Source: Eledone cirrhosa (Eukaryota). From it: a stretch of DNA of 64,000 nucleotides. Position 1 is the first letter of the stretch; the number at the start of each line of letters is the position of its first letter. Location of the stretch: the NCBI GenBank assembly GCA_964016885.1, contig OZ024747.1, positions 25,544,001 to 25,608,000 on the forward strand. Reading direction: 5' to 3'. Shown here piece by piece: positions 43,186 through 57,072 of this stretch. The notes beneath the pieces were generated by a model that saw nothing but the letters and a program-made list of their open reading frames with translations, was not told where the DNA came from and ran no database searches. Position numbers and translations under genes: made by a program.

Positions 43186-46100
43186 ATACAGAGAGGGGAT
43201 AGATAGATAGATAGATAAGATGTTACTAATTAAGCTTGACCGTAGGGTTCACACACTATATATATATGTGTGTTGGTGTGTGTGTTCAGAAGACTGGTTC
43301 ACTGTTCACTGAAGACATGTATATCACACGTATACGTAGACAAATGTTGACTCCCACACACACATTACATATGAAGATGTTACAACATCATACGTACAAC
43401 TAGCCATCTAACATTTACACACACAGCTACGACACACATTACATATGAAGTTACAACACCACACACACACACACACACACACGCAGACGACATGTATTGA
43501 GAACCACACACATTACCAACGAAGATGTTACATTTCACACATACACGGCAACAACGACATGTAATGTACATTTCACACACAATCACAACGACATGTATGT
43601 ATATATGTAAATCACACACAATCACAACATGTATGTATATATGTAAATCACACACAATCACAACATGTATGTATATGTGTGTGTGTGTGTATGTGTAAAT
43701 CATGCACATATGAAGATGTTACACATCACACAACGACATGTATATATGTAAATCACACACCTGACGCAACATTAAACGACTACGACTCCCCCTCTTTCTC
43801 CGTATTACCAGGGTTTGATTGAAATTACATAAAATACGTATGAACAAGGACCACCACAGGGTGAAAAAGGGAGCAATAGCAATGATTTTAGCAATAGTAA
43901 TACAACAAAACAAGAAATTGTACAGAAAAACTTATAAAAAGGAGAATAGAGGGCGGAAGTTAATATGGAGAAATATAAAAACCCAATTTTACCTTCATCA
44001 TCAGTCTTTTCCATCGTTTCCTTAACTATATCTTGCCGTTCTTCCATCTTTTTGCTTTTAGTTTTTCCGCTACTTTGTTATTTTTAAGCTTTATATTTTG
44101 GTCGAGGAATTACGATTATAATAATAAAAATTATTATTTTCTAATGGAATTGGCGAAGGGGAAGTCTTCTTTTTTTGGAGGGGGTTCCTTTACTTTTCCC
44201 CCCTCAACACAGTCACCACATATTATATATCATTTAGTATTAATATTATAATTATTGTTATAATTATAAATAGATTATTGTTATTATCATTATTACTACT
44301 ACATTATTAATCGTTGCCGTTCTTCCATTTTCGTCTTTCACCCTTCACTCTCACTCACAACTACACTCTCACTCCAGTGCTCTCCACTCACCTCCCTAAC
44401 ACCTCATCCAAGTCGCCGCATTTAGAAATGTCGAGTTTGGTACTTATTTATTATTATAATGATAGTGATAATAAATAGAGTAACAACAAAAACAACTACA
44501 GTTGCTACCAACTAAGTGGCTGCTTCTGATTTCTTCTTAACCACCACTCTTGCTATAGAGACACACATTATATACACACGTACAATACATATATATTATA
44601 TATATACATATATATTATACCTCACGCACACACACACACACATCTATTCATATATACACATACACACACTATCCTTAAGCTCTTTTTTCTTTACTTTTCT
44701 TTCTATTTTACTCCGCCTCACACTTTAGTAACGCGAATTAGTGAGGAACGATTGAGAAAGGATTTTTTTAAAATAAAAAGCAATTTACCGCATAATAATC
44801 ATAACAATAACAACAGCAATAATTTGTAATAAATAACCAATACCAATACTAATGGGAATAATAATAATAATATTAATACTAATAATATGTTAGTGGTGGT
44901 GGTAGTAGCGGTGATTGGTGTTTTCTTTCTTAGAAAATGTATGGTTGTTAGTGTTTTTCCTTCTTTGTTTTTGATTCGTTCATTTGATTGTAGTTTTGGT
45001 TGTTATAAATCCCGTGGTGGTAGTTTTAGTACTCCTTGACTTGCATGGTTTAGTATGGTTTGGTTTGGTTTCACGTTTGACTTCACTGACTGACTGACTG
45101 CTGGATGTCTTGTGTCTAAGGAGACTACTGCTGCTGCTTGCTGCTGCTGCTGCAGATGGTGGTGATGCTGTTGTTAGTGGTTCTGCCACTAATGGTGACG
45201 GTGATGCTACTAATGCTGCTGCTGATGATGATGATGTTACCGTCAGAACACCACACCTCTGGCAACACTCACTCATTTTACGACTCTGCATTTCTTTCTC
45301 TCTTTCTTTCATTCAATCTAGGTATGGCTTTATATATACGTGTGTGTGTGTATGCATATATTTATTCTTTAATTCTTTTGCTGGCTTCAGTCATGGATTG
45401 GGCCTAGCTGGGGCTCCGTCTGGTACGTTATGCTATGCATGGATGTATGTAAATGTATTTTACAGCCTGCTTATGAAGGTATTATTTCAAAGAGAGAGTG
45501 GGGATAAAGAGAAAAGGAGAGAAAGAGAAAATGAGAGTTAGCTAAGAAAGAATGTGTTTGTGAAGATAGTGTATCCCCCTCCCCACCTTCAGGTATCTAA
45601 CAGAGAGGGAAAGGGTGAACGAGAGCGAGAGAAAAGAGTAACTGTAACAGCGGGCACGTATATATACATACACACATAAATCATACATGCACTCATACAT
45701 ACATAATACATGCATTTATAGATACATATATTCATACATACATGCATTCATACATATATACATACATACGAAATACGTGCATTCCAGCCTTACTCTTATT
45801 CAATGTGTGAGTGTGGGTGTATATATATAAGGTGATGTAAGGTGTGTGTGTGTGTGTATCTATATATATATGTGTGTAATGTGTAAGAGAAAGGGCAGTG
45901 GTGGGAAAGATTTTGTTGTTGTTGTTCTGTAATAGTAGTTGTAGTAGATTTACTAGTAGCCATTATCAAACCAAACCAAACTAACTACTTACTAATGCCG
46001 CCACCTAAAAATTACAATTTACTAATATACCTGTCACACCTGCTCCCCACCTCTCCTCCTTCACTCACTTTCCATTCTTACACCTTTCCTTACTACTAAT

Positions 46101-46529
46101 ACTACTTACCACCACCACCACCACCACTACTACTATCACCACTGCAGCCGCTACCAGTACTGTTTCGTCACCGTCGTCACTGCTGTTTTAACAGCAGGAG
46201 AGCCTTCCCCACCCACCTTTCCGCTGCAACGATTCCTGCAGTTTGCTGCTATTGGTGATGATGACATTACTATTGCAGCGGGTCGTGGCATTACTATTGC
46301 AGCGGTTGCTTGCAGTTGCTGCAGCTACTGCTGCTGATGATGATGGTAACAGTACTGCTGGTTATTATTGCGATAGTGACGATGATGGTGATGATGATTA
46401 CTGCTGCTGCTGCTGCTGTTACATTGAACAGAACACCACTAACAGGCAGACACACAGACAGACACAGACACAGCATCGATTTCCCAGAAGCGTATGATTG
46501 GGATGGGAGGGAGGCATGAATGTCAAATA

Positions 46530-47126
46530 CCCAGGACCTGGTTCTGGATATTTAGTGCCCTAGCTTAGCTCTACAATGTGTGCTCTTTTCTCCTAAATAA
46601 AATAATTCTAACTTATAGATCTTGTTTTGGACATGTCTTGTTTTGGGAACACTAAGAAAATTACCAAGTCTGTATTTTTCACTAAACAGTCCACAATCAC
46701 CCAAACCAAATCATATTGACAGGTCATGTAACTGGTTCAAAATAGGTATACAGTGTTGTGAGAAGTGACAAAAAGAGTTAGTGTTAGAAAGGACATCCAG
46801 TTGTAAAACATTGCTTGAAAATGTCAGGGCCAACTCGTACCAACATGGAAATTTCAACATAAAAACGATGATGATATCCACAGTCACCTGTACCAAATCA
46901 CATGACAGGCCACAACACCATACAACCCTCTCCACTGCTTTCGACATTTCCCCAACACTGCTACACTGTAAAGATTATCAATAATTTGTTTATTGATCGC
47001 AGGAGATTATTATATATTTAATTTCATTGGATAATAACTGTGATCCTTTAAGTTTCAGAAATGGGCTTCTCTAAAATCTTCAACCTAGGCAACTGCCAAG
47101 TTGGCTATAACAGTATCGCCAGCCCT
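46530..47126 (-). mobile_element. Old DNA transposon copy homologous to 32136-32546, with a nested RTE-tail repeat (~46780-46875)
   Basis: Reverse strand begins AGGGCTGGCGATACTG...GGCAGTTGCCTAGG; shares ACTAAGAAAATTAC and ACTGCTACA blocks with the 32-kb copy. Confidence 0.55.
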
Positions 47127-47185
47127 ACACATACCTCAAAGCACAAAAATATGCTGATTTCTAACATCGGTATGAATTGTAGTTA

Positions 47186-47384
47186 CTGTATATTCTTAAA
47201 TATAAGCCGACTCCCAGCTCTATTTTATGTCTGATAAATGGGCAAAAATCCAAACCCCATTTATAAGCCAAGGCAGCAAATCAACATATTGTTTAGATGA
47301 TGTATTTAAACGGAGCCTCCCTCCCATTTTACCATTGATTTTTGGTCACATATTCCTCCTCGGCTTATATTCGAGTATATACAG
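47186..47384. mobile_element. pogo/Tc1-mariner-type MITE with TA TSD
   Basis: TA|CTGTATATTCTTAAATATAAGCCGA ... TCGGCTTATATTCGAGTATATACAG|TA, ~25-bp imperfect TIR. Confidence 0.85.
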
Positions 47385-47569
47385 TAATTGAATTGGCAGA
47401 ATTTGAAAGGGACGTAACTAAATACCAAAATGCATTTATTCAGGCATTGCATCATTTTTACAATTCCAGAATTATTATCCCAAAAAGCAAAGCTAACAAA
47501 GAAGTCTCTATATGGTTGTTCAACATGTTAGAAATGGCAGTGAAATGCTCCTCAAATCAACACACTATT

Positions 47570-47659
47570 TTAACCCTTTAGCATTTACATTACTCTCTCT
47601 ATATTTACTATTGTGTTTTTGTGGTGAGAATTCTGGCTGGTTAAATGCTAAAAGGTTAA
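47570..47659 (-). mobile_element. Internally deleted (90-bp) family-1 piggyBac-like MITE
   Basis: Both TIRs and TTAA present; interior reduced. Confidence 0.85.
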
Positions 47660-48303
47660 ATAAAGAATACATTGGACAGTACAGTCCCTGGCACATACAT
47701 GTATGTTTGTATTGGCCCATAACTCCTGATAAAGTTGTAGAAGTGATGTTGTGGCATACAGCATATCTGGGGCATTTTTCAACCTGGCATTGCCCATCCT
47801 TCTCCTAGTCTGAACACAGTGTATTTCTCCAGAGAAGGAGAGTGAGTGAGAGAGAAGTGAGAAAGAGATATTGAAGAAGAATCGATCTCAGTACATGATT
47901 ACCACTTTTCTTTTTTTAACAGCCCACACTGCAAAATAGTTGTGTAGGAGTCACGACAAAAAGTACCCAGCACACACTGTAAATGTTGGCGTTTGGAAGG
48001 GCTTCCAGCCATAGAAACCAAACAGGAAACGGTTGTGTGAGTAAGATCCAACTTGCCCCAAACCAGACAACCCATCTAACCCTTGCAATATTTGTTCTGG
48101 TTCTTTTGTCTTTTGAGTTCAAATCCGACTGTTGCCTACTTAGATGGTAGAATTAATTCATCACCCAGTTTAGCACTACCACCTAATCTTTGGGCGGGTA
48201 GATTTAATTCCTTGCTCTGTGTAAAACCACTACTTGGCCCTTATTCAGTGTACAGTTAAAATCTTAAATATTTCAATTATTAATAAATATCAGAATTAAC
48301 TCT

Positions 48304-48510
48304 TTAACCCTTCAACATTTACATTACTCTATATTTACTATTGCATTTTCACAATAATCACTTTATCTCACATAATATCAAATCTATAAGATTTTGTTAT
48401 TATTTATTTTGTGAACAATACAGTATGAACAGCTGGCTATGGCTGGTTTGAACAGAAAGAGGTGAAAGAATTCTGGCCAGATATGGCCAGTTTAAATGTT
48501 AAAGGATTAA
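48304..48510 (-). mobile_element. piggyBac-like MITE (family 1)
   Basis: TTAA|CCCTTCAACATTTAC ... AAATGTTAAAGGA|TTAA. Confidence 0.85.
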
Positions 48511-49580
48511 ACAACCCATAAAATTCAAATCTTGGACTGAAATCTCAATATTATATGACAGATAATATTAGATTTCAGTAATTAAATATTTGTCATGGAT
48601 CAGCGAAATCCTCAGAGCATTGGACAGAATGCTTGGTAGCATTTAGCTACAGCTCTTTACGATCTGAGCTCAAATCCTGCCAAGTTCAACTTTACCATTT
48701 GTCCTAGGTCAATAAACTAAAATATCAGTGAAGTACTTGACTTATCCCTCCTCCACAAAATTGCTGGCTTTTTGTCTGAATTAAAATCCATTAACATCCT
48801 GTAATGATTTAGCAGAACATGTCTAAAAACAGGTTTGTTAATTCAAATGTTTTTCGTATCTTTACTATTGGATAGATCATTGTGAAAATTTGCAATAAAC
48901 TATTAATAAAATTAAGACTTTAATTTTTAATATGATGCAGTCATAGTTCTGTTTTGCACTTTTTCACAAATGTCAAGCTAATGCAGCTTCATGTGGTACA
49001 GGGTGTTAAGAGTTAAGTTGAAAGTTAGTTATTTCACTAAACTTCTCATAATTCTTGATTACTTTGTTAATTAAAACACAAGGGCAGTATATGTTCTTAT
49101 AAAAAATAAAAAAATGAATTGTTGAGGAATTACTGGGCTCCCACTGTTCCCCTACTCGGTTTCTCCCCACTCTTACTCTGCTATTGTTAAGTATCAGTTT
49201 ATGTGATCAACAAGCAACAACAATATCAATAACATTACCACACCCAACAAAAAGGGCTGCAGCTGCAACGACTACAACAACAATAACAGTAATTGTACCA
49301 ACAACTGTTACAACCACAGTAACAACAACAGTTATAACAACTGTGACAACAACAATGGCATCTATCTGTTGAGTTTGATCATACAGATAGCTGCAGCTGA
49401 GGTGGGGGTGATAGTGGTGAGAGTGGTTGTGTTGGTGTTGTTGTTAGCGGTGGTGGTGGTGTGTGAAAAGTTTTTCCATTACAACAGTAACTTGCTTTGG
49501 TGGTTTACTGGTGGTTTTAAGGAGGGCTGGATGACTATAGTACATATATGCAGGTGTGTGTGTGTTTATATACATATATA

Positions 49581-49650
49581 CAGGATGTCCCCCCAAAATG
49601 TATACACTTTTATTAGAATGCTGTTACAGTGTGCATATATTTTTGGAGGA

Positions 49651-49684
<34 letters not shown>

Positions 49685-49734
49685 TCCTCCAAAAATATAT
49701 ACACACTGTAACACCATTCTAATAAAAGTGTATG
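49581..49734. mobile_element. Mariner-like MITE plus inverted partial duplicate across a (TA)n tract
   Basis: 49602-49655 is the reverse complement of ~49680-49734. Confidence 0.8.
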
Positions 49735-50612
49735 GTAGTTTCTTATATGTACGTGAGAGAGTGTGTGAAACTTATTTTTTTAGAGATTGTTTATATATGT
49801 ATTCAATGTTTGTGTGTGTCAGTGTGAAATTTTGGTAAGCAGGGTGGGAGAAAAAAAAACAGGAGGTGGATTCTTATAATGTAATATAAAAAAAATGTGA
49901 GTGTGTGTGTGTATGTTTATAACACATAAAACAAGTTTTAAAAGAGAGGGTAATTATGTGATTGCTTCTATTTATTTATTCTAATGTCAATTGTCCTATA
50001 ATCGCAGTTGTCAGTTTTGATGAAACACCAAATTGCATACATATCTATGCGTGTGTGTATATAAATGTATGAATCATCATCATCACCGTTTAGTGTCCAT
50101 TTTTGTATGCTTGCATGGGTTAGATGGGTCATCCACGTTAGACGGGTCATCCATGCTGTACCTTGCTCCAACGAGGACTGTAAATTTGGCCAAGGATTTT
50201 ACAGCTGGATGCCCTTCCTAACACCAACCACATTTACAGTGAATGGGTTGTCATTGGAACATCAGAGAAAATGCTTTGCAGTATTCATTTTGGCTCTCTG
50301 CATTCTGAGTTCAAATCCTGCTAAGGTCAATAAAAATGTACAAGCATAGTACCAGGGTTGATTATTCCTCTGTATCTTTTTCTTACTTGCCTTCTCTCTC
50401 TTTCTCTAGGAGAAACTGGCTGTTTAGAGAGAAGATGGGCTCCACCATGTTTAAAGAAAATGCCCTAGCTGACGTCCCTACAAGTCCATGCATACATATG
50501 TCTGTATACATCCTACTGTAGTTATAAAACATATACTGGTATATGTTATACAGGTAGCAAACATTATCTGATAGAGACTTCTACATGTAGAGTAGAGTGA
50601 AATTATTTATTT

Positions 50613-50711
<99 letters not shown>

Positions 50712-51428
50712 CCCAGTCCACGGTTGGCATATGGAAGGGCATGTAGCCATAGAAACCAAGCCAGAAACAGTTCCGTATGAGCAAGACATGGTCATCTGAT
50801 CCCGACTTGTCTCACAATGGGACAACCCATGCCAGTATGGAAAAATGGATGCTAAATGATGATAGTGATGATATTTGTGTGTGAAATAAAAAAAATAAAA
50901 AATTTACATCCCACAGCTATGTAGGTTTAGCTAGCCTCCTATGAGGTTGTATCTAATAGGAGGTGTCTCAGGTTTTTAACGATAGATGTCCCAGTCCTAA
51001 CATGAAATGAAGTGTCTTGCCTAAAAATAAAACATGCCATCTGGTACAGGAATCATACCTTTGACCTTAATGATCATGAGTAAAAATACACTAACCAATG
51101 AATATCATCATCATCATCAACGTTTAACGTCCGTGTTCCACGCTTGCATGGGTTTGGACGGGGGTATTCCCACTTGAGGCAAGAGTGATTGTCTTGCTCG
51201 CATAGGACTGTCTGGCAGGTTTTCTACAGTTGGATGCCCTTCCTAACACCAACCACATGTACAGTGTGGGACTGGGAGGTTTTTACCGTGTTGCCTACAC
51301 GGCCACATTACAGCGTGGACTGTGTGTTTTTTTTGTCGTGACACCTACACGATCTCATTTGTTTCGGCCTGGATGTTGTGGCACCGACATAACTTTATGT
51401 ATGTATAATTATAGACACAGATGATATT

Positions 51429-51628
51429 GGTTTCTGATTTAGGCACAAGGCCAACAATTTTCAGGGAGAGTCGATTAAATCTACCCCAGTGCATTGCTAG
51501 TACTTTATTTTATCGACCCCGTAAGGATGAAAGGCTAAGCTAACCTCAGCAGAATATGAACTCAGATTGTAAAGGGGTGTAACTCTATGCCATAAAGCAT
51601 GTTGTCCGATGCTCTACCGATACTGCCA
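51429..51628 (-). mobile_element. SINE family A
   Basis: Family-A body; ATGATATT repeated at 51421 and 51629 (possible TSD). Confidence 0.85.
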
Positions 51629-51903
51629 ATGATATTAGTTAGACATTAGACTGATCTAAGTTTATTTGGAAAAATATACATATGCATATGTGTGTATGTT
51701 TGTCTGTATACATGTTGTATGTAATCGTGTATGTATATCTGGATACATATATATCTATACACACAAACACACACAATAACATTGAAGCTTTAAAGCTACC
51801 CCTTTTTTTAAGAAAATAAATCTTACACACTGCTCAAATGAATTGAGTACTCATTCAGTTATGTTTGAATGATCTATTGTACACTTGTACAAAAATCACC
51901 TCC

Positions 51904-51991
<88 letters not shown>

Positions 51992-52249
51992 CTTAGAGGT
52001 TAGAGCACTGGGCTTGCAATCGAAAGGTTGTGAGTTCAATTCTCGGACCGGGTGATGTGTTGTTTCCTTGAGCAAGACACTTTATTTCACGTTGCTCCAG
52101 TTTACTCAGCTGTAGAAATGAGATGATAGGACTGGGGTCCCTATCATTAAATTACCCAAGACACCTCCAACGAGATATACCTTGGAGGAGTCCAGCTAAG
52201 CCCTGCATAGGTGTGAGCTGTCACACACACACATCTATATATATATGAA

Positions 52250-52490
52250 ATACATATGGATGATGATCGCTGGGTAAAGAAGTGGCAAGAGTCCAAGTGG
52301 AAAGAATTCGTGGAGAGGGAAGATGAGGAAAGACATGGCAGAGGTAGTGAAGGCCGACCTCATGGAAGTACACAACACGAAGGAGATGACAAAGGAGACA
52401 TTTTGAAAGATACAGTTCTACAGGGGACTTGTCTAACCCATGCAGGCATGAAAAAAACAAAAAAAACAAAACAGGCATAAAAATGATGAC
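52250..52490 (+). pseudogene. 3' fragment of an RTE-clade LINE ORF (C-terminus) with (ATG)n-like tail
   Basis: With frameshifts reads MDDDRWVKKW...GR.RKTW.EVVKADL...TKEMTK, matching the typical RTE C-terminal G.R.RGRP.KTW...V..DL pattern, followed by CTAACCCATGCAGGCATG...AAATGATGA. Confidence 0.75.
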
Positions 52491-54541
52491 AGTGTGTGTG
52501 CACACGCACATGTAACTAAAACTCTAATGATTGAGATCAGTAAACATGAACTAGCTTTAATTCTGTATTAATAACAACTCATCTTATATACAGGAGAAAT
52601 GTATCTATGTATATCTAACTTTCATATCATGCTTGAGTGATTCTGTGGTAGGAAGGGCTGAAATGAAACTAAATGGAATTCACAGAATTGCAAAAGGCAA
52701 GGCAGGATGAAGAGGGAGTTACATAATTTGATATAAATCTAGAAAGAAGATACAACCCTTTAGAGGGCTAAATGTTTAAAGTATGTGAGTATTTATCTCT
52801 CAGATTCTTCGGTGCAGGCTGACCTCCCTTCTACTTTATGTTTTGTGGGACTTGTGATCATAATATCATGGGTTCAATTCCTGGACTAGGTGACATATTG
52901 TGCTTTATTTCATGTTGCTTTTAATGATGGGATGGGGGCTTTAATATAAACACAGACAAAAATGTTAACATAGACATGGAGAAAATGAGGAATTTCTTTC
53001 CAATTGCTAATACTATCTATCGGTCGCAAGTCCAGGTAAAAAAAGGACATAAGGCATCGCCTGGTCCGGGAATCAATCTCACAACCTCACAATTGTGAAT
53101 CCAATTCTCTGACCACTCAGCCACGTGCCTTCATATATATCATCATCATCATTGTTTAACATCTATCTTCCATGCTTGCATGGGTTAGACGGGAATTGTC
53201 CCACTTGAGGCAAGATTGATCAGGTGACCATGTCATATATATATATATGTAACTCCTTAAAATACACACACACAATGCATTTCCTATCACAGCCATGTAA
53301 CTACATCACTTTCCAATCACAAGTTCCTAGGTTCCAACCCTACATTTGTCCTTGTAAATGATTATTTATCCAAGGTTACTGCTACATTTAATCAAGTGTC
53401 ATTTGTACATATATGCTGAACATTTTATGCAACTATATCCTAGAAATAAATTAAAATATCATTCTTATCATACTACATGTAATAATTGTTCCTACTTTTG
53501 GCACAAGGCCATCAATTATCCAGTGCATTACTGGTACTTTATTTTATCGACCCCATAAGGATGAAAGGCAAAGTTAACCTCGGCAGGATTTGAACCCAGA
53601 ACGTAAAGGGCCATAACTCCGAACGTAAACTATAGGGTTTCTTTTATGCAAACCATTATTTTATCAAAATGCGAATGTTCCAGTTTGTATCATTGTTCAT
53701 ATATCAGGTAATCCTGCTACATATGGAATACCAATCTTGGACTCCAAAAATTAAACACATTCAACGCTATCCATGTAAGATATGGGGCTACCAGTTAACT
53801 TACAACATACACCCAACTATACCAATAAAAAGAATGACGAATTCACTTAGAACTTGGTGTATACCCAACCACACCAATAAAAAAATGAAGTAAATATATG
53901 GTAATTATTACTGTTTTGGTAACAATTTCAGGATTGGCTTAACTAAACAACAAAACAATGGTAAAGAATAGATAATAAAAACATTTTCTGAAGAACATTC
54001 ACTCTAAACATTGCGTAATTATTTAGAAGAGAATATCTAAAAACAGGTTTGTTAATTCATATGTTGATAACATCTTTATTACTTATGGTAAATTGGCAGT
54101 ATTGGGAGAAGGTCGGATGCCATTCTTTGCAGCATAGAGTTACGGCCCTTTACAGTCTGATTTCAAATCCCACCGAGGTTAACTTTGCCTTTCATCCTTA
54201 TGAGGTCAATAAAATAAAACACCAGTAATGCACTGGGGTAATTGCTGGCCTTGTGCCAAAAGTAGAAAACAATCTTTACTACTTTTAATGTGGTGCAGTC
54301 AAAATGCAGTTTTGTACTTTTCATGACTGCCCTGCTAATGTGGTTTGTTAAATGTTTATAGCATCTTTAGTAGTGGACAGATCATTGAGAACATTCACAG
54401 TGTTAGATAGATTTTAGTTTTTAATGTGATGTAGTCACAGTGTTGTTTTGTACTTGTCAAGATTGTCTTGCTTGTGTACTTTCATGTGGTATTGGACGTT
54501 AAGAGTTAATAACAACAAAAATCAAACAAACAAACAATAAT

Positions 54542-54725
54542 TGTTTCTACTATTAGCACAAGGCCAGAAATTACCCAGTGCATTACTGGTACTTTATTTT
54601 ACCGACCCCGTAAGGATGAAAGGCAAAGTTAACCTCGGCTGGATTTGAACTCAGATCGTAAAGGGACGTAACTATGCTGGAAAGCATGACGTCCGACCCT
54701 CTACCGATACTGCCAATCCACCTGC
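54542..54725 (-). mobile_element. Full-length young SINE (family A) with 19-bp TSD
   Basis: CAAACAAACAAACAATAAT at 54523-54541 and 54726-54744; further copies at 53480-53625(-), 54087-54272(+), 62191-62345(-). Confidence 0.9.
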
Positions 54726-55261
54726 CAAACAAACAAACAATAATAATGGCTTTTGATACATGCAAAATGATAGCAATTTTGGGGAGAGGGATAAGTCAGT
54801 TATATCGACTCCAGTGCTTGCTTCGTACTTTATCTTATTGACGCCAGAATATGATGGAAGGCAAAGATCACCGTGGCAGAATTTGAACTTAAAAAAGGGT
54901 ACCTATTTAAATTAAAATCTTCCGACATAATTTACTATGTTATTGCTCAAATACCATCTTAATAATGAAATAATCAATAATTTTAGTAAATCCCTCAAAA
55001 TTCTTCATTAATTTATTGAAATAGAGTGTATTCCATTAACAATACAGTCATGAAAAGGCTAATCCACTCCTCCACTCCCTCCTTCAGTAAACCTATGTTA
55101 AATCTAGGCTTTATCATACCAGTTCTTCAGATGACCTGCTTCAACATAACCTGTTGACCTGGCTTTGATGATAAGATTAGCAAGTCAACTGGACAAACTA
55201 ATAGAACACCCCTTTCCTACATGGAGCTTTGAAGTTTATATGGGATGAAATTTGGAGGTTG

Positions 55262-55331
<70 letters not shown>

Positions 55332-56184
55332 CAGGATGTTCCAAAAACATGTATACACACTTCAACAGCATTCTAATAAATATTGCCTTTACAGGTAATC
55401 AAAGTGTGTATACATTATTTTTGACACCATGTATATGTGTGTGTGTATATATGTTGAGTAGGTGGTGAGAGGGTTATATATATATCATCATCATCATTTA
55501 ACATTCAATCTCTCTGCTCGCAAGGGTTAGCTATGTCATTATTGACCAGTTCTAGTGGAGCCATTGACTTCTCAGATGAGAGGAGACCCACCCCAACAAC
55601 CTCACATATGCTCCTATACTCTTGATTGCTCTGACAGGGCAGGGGCTAACATAGAATATATATATATTATATATACATATCATCATCATTTTACATTAAC
55701 TTTTCTCATACTTAACATGGGTTGAGCAAGTCTTTTCCAGCACAGAATTCCTCCACTCATCAGCATTTGGAATAATTTTTCTCATAACAAAAAAAAAAAA
55801 TGGGCACAGTTGATGAAATTTACCCAAGTGCTTGATGAGTTCTATATTTTATATGATGAAAGGCAAAGCTGAGGTTTGAACTCAGATCATACAGAACAGC
55901 ATTTTGTTGGCAGCTCTAATCTACCACCAGTGATAATAACAATATTAACTCAAAACATACATTTAAAGAGAGGGTGTGTGTGATTAAAATGACCGTAGTT
56001 CTTTACTGATATTTATTTTCAACAACCCCCCAGGAGACAATGTTGACCAAGTGGGATTTAAATTCATGCCCCTCCCCCTAAAAAATTATAATGTGTGTGT
56101 GTGTATGCATACGCAAAAGGTAAATGACACAGAACAATGAAGAAATATATTATTAGTTTTACGCTTGATATAGTAGGAAAATAG

Positions 56185-56220
56185 TCTTAATGTGTCGGAC
56201 GCTAGTCCTTCATCAGAAGA
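56185..56220 (-). ncRNA. Hammerhead-ribozyme-like motif with GACA in place of GAAA (Penelope-type terminal repeat remnant)
   Basis: Reverse strand: TCTT-CTGATGA-A-GGAC TAGC GTCC-GACAC-ATTAAGA; perfect 4-bp stem II. Confidence 0.5.
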
Positions 56221-57072
56221 TAGAATGAGAAATCAAAGAAGAAATAGAAAGATTGAAGAAACGAGCAGAACGGAAAGGAGGGGAAAAAACTTTTTTTTTT
56301 TCAGAAAAATAACAGGTCAATTCATGTAGCCATCTCTTGGAGAACTGTTGATGCTGGCGTTTTATATATATAAAACATTCTATAAACAACTCTCATTACC
56401 AGGGCGTCCAAGAGAAATGTTGCAAGACAGTACAAGACCCCTTTTGGGTCCGAAGCAGACAAAGATTTTCTCATAAGGGATGTTACATGGTTGCTGTGGG
56501 GCTTTCTTAGCTCTTGGGCCCTGAAAGAAAGTACCAGGTACCGGCTGGAAAACCCCCCCCCCCTCTCATAGGCCCTACTCACTACCTCTCACACACACAC
56601 ACACACAGATACGTTCTCTTCCAGAACATTGTCAAATGCATACACACACACCCACACAGATGACAAGTATCTCTAGGTTTCGGTTTGCAAACAGGAAAAT
56701 GTACTCAATACCAAAGAAGAGAATATTGTATATACTTATTATATTATTAGGATTACTCCCTGTTGTTATTTTGATCTTCGCGTATTTCTGCTGATCACGC
56801 AACAGTTGAAACTCAGAATAACAACAGAGATAGATAGAGTGTGTGTCTGTGTGTAAATGTGTGCGCGTTGGACCCCGCCGATTCTAACGACGAGGGTCCC
56901 AGTTGATTTGATCAACGAAACAGTCTGCTCGTGAAATGGCTGAGCATTCCATAGACATGTGTACCCTTAAGTAGTTCTCAGCGAGATTCAATGTGACATA
57001 AACAAAGTCATCTCAGAAAAATAATTTTAAAAAAGTGTGTATATATATATGCGCGTATATATCTATACTTAC

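Noticed and set aside
56760-56827. Possible further hammerhead (CTGATCA...GAAACTC) within a 15-bp inverted repeat
   Set aside because: Core box altered and stems I/II do not form in the required register; only the inverted repeat is supported.
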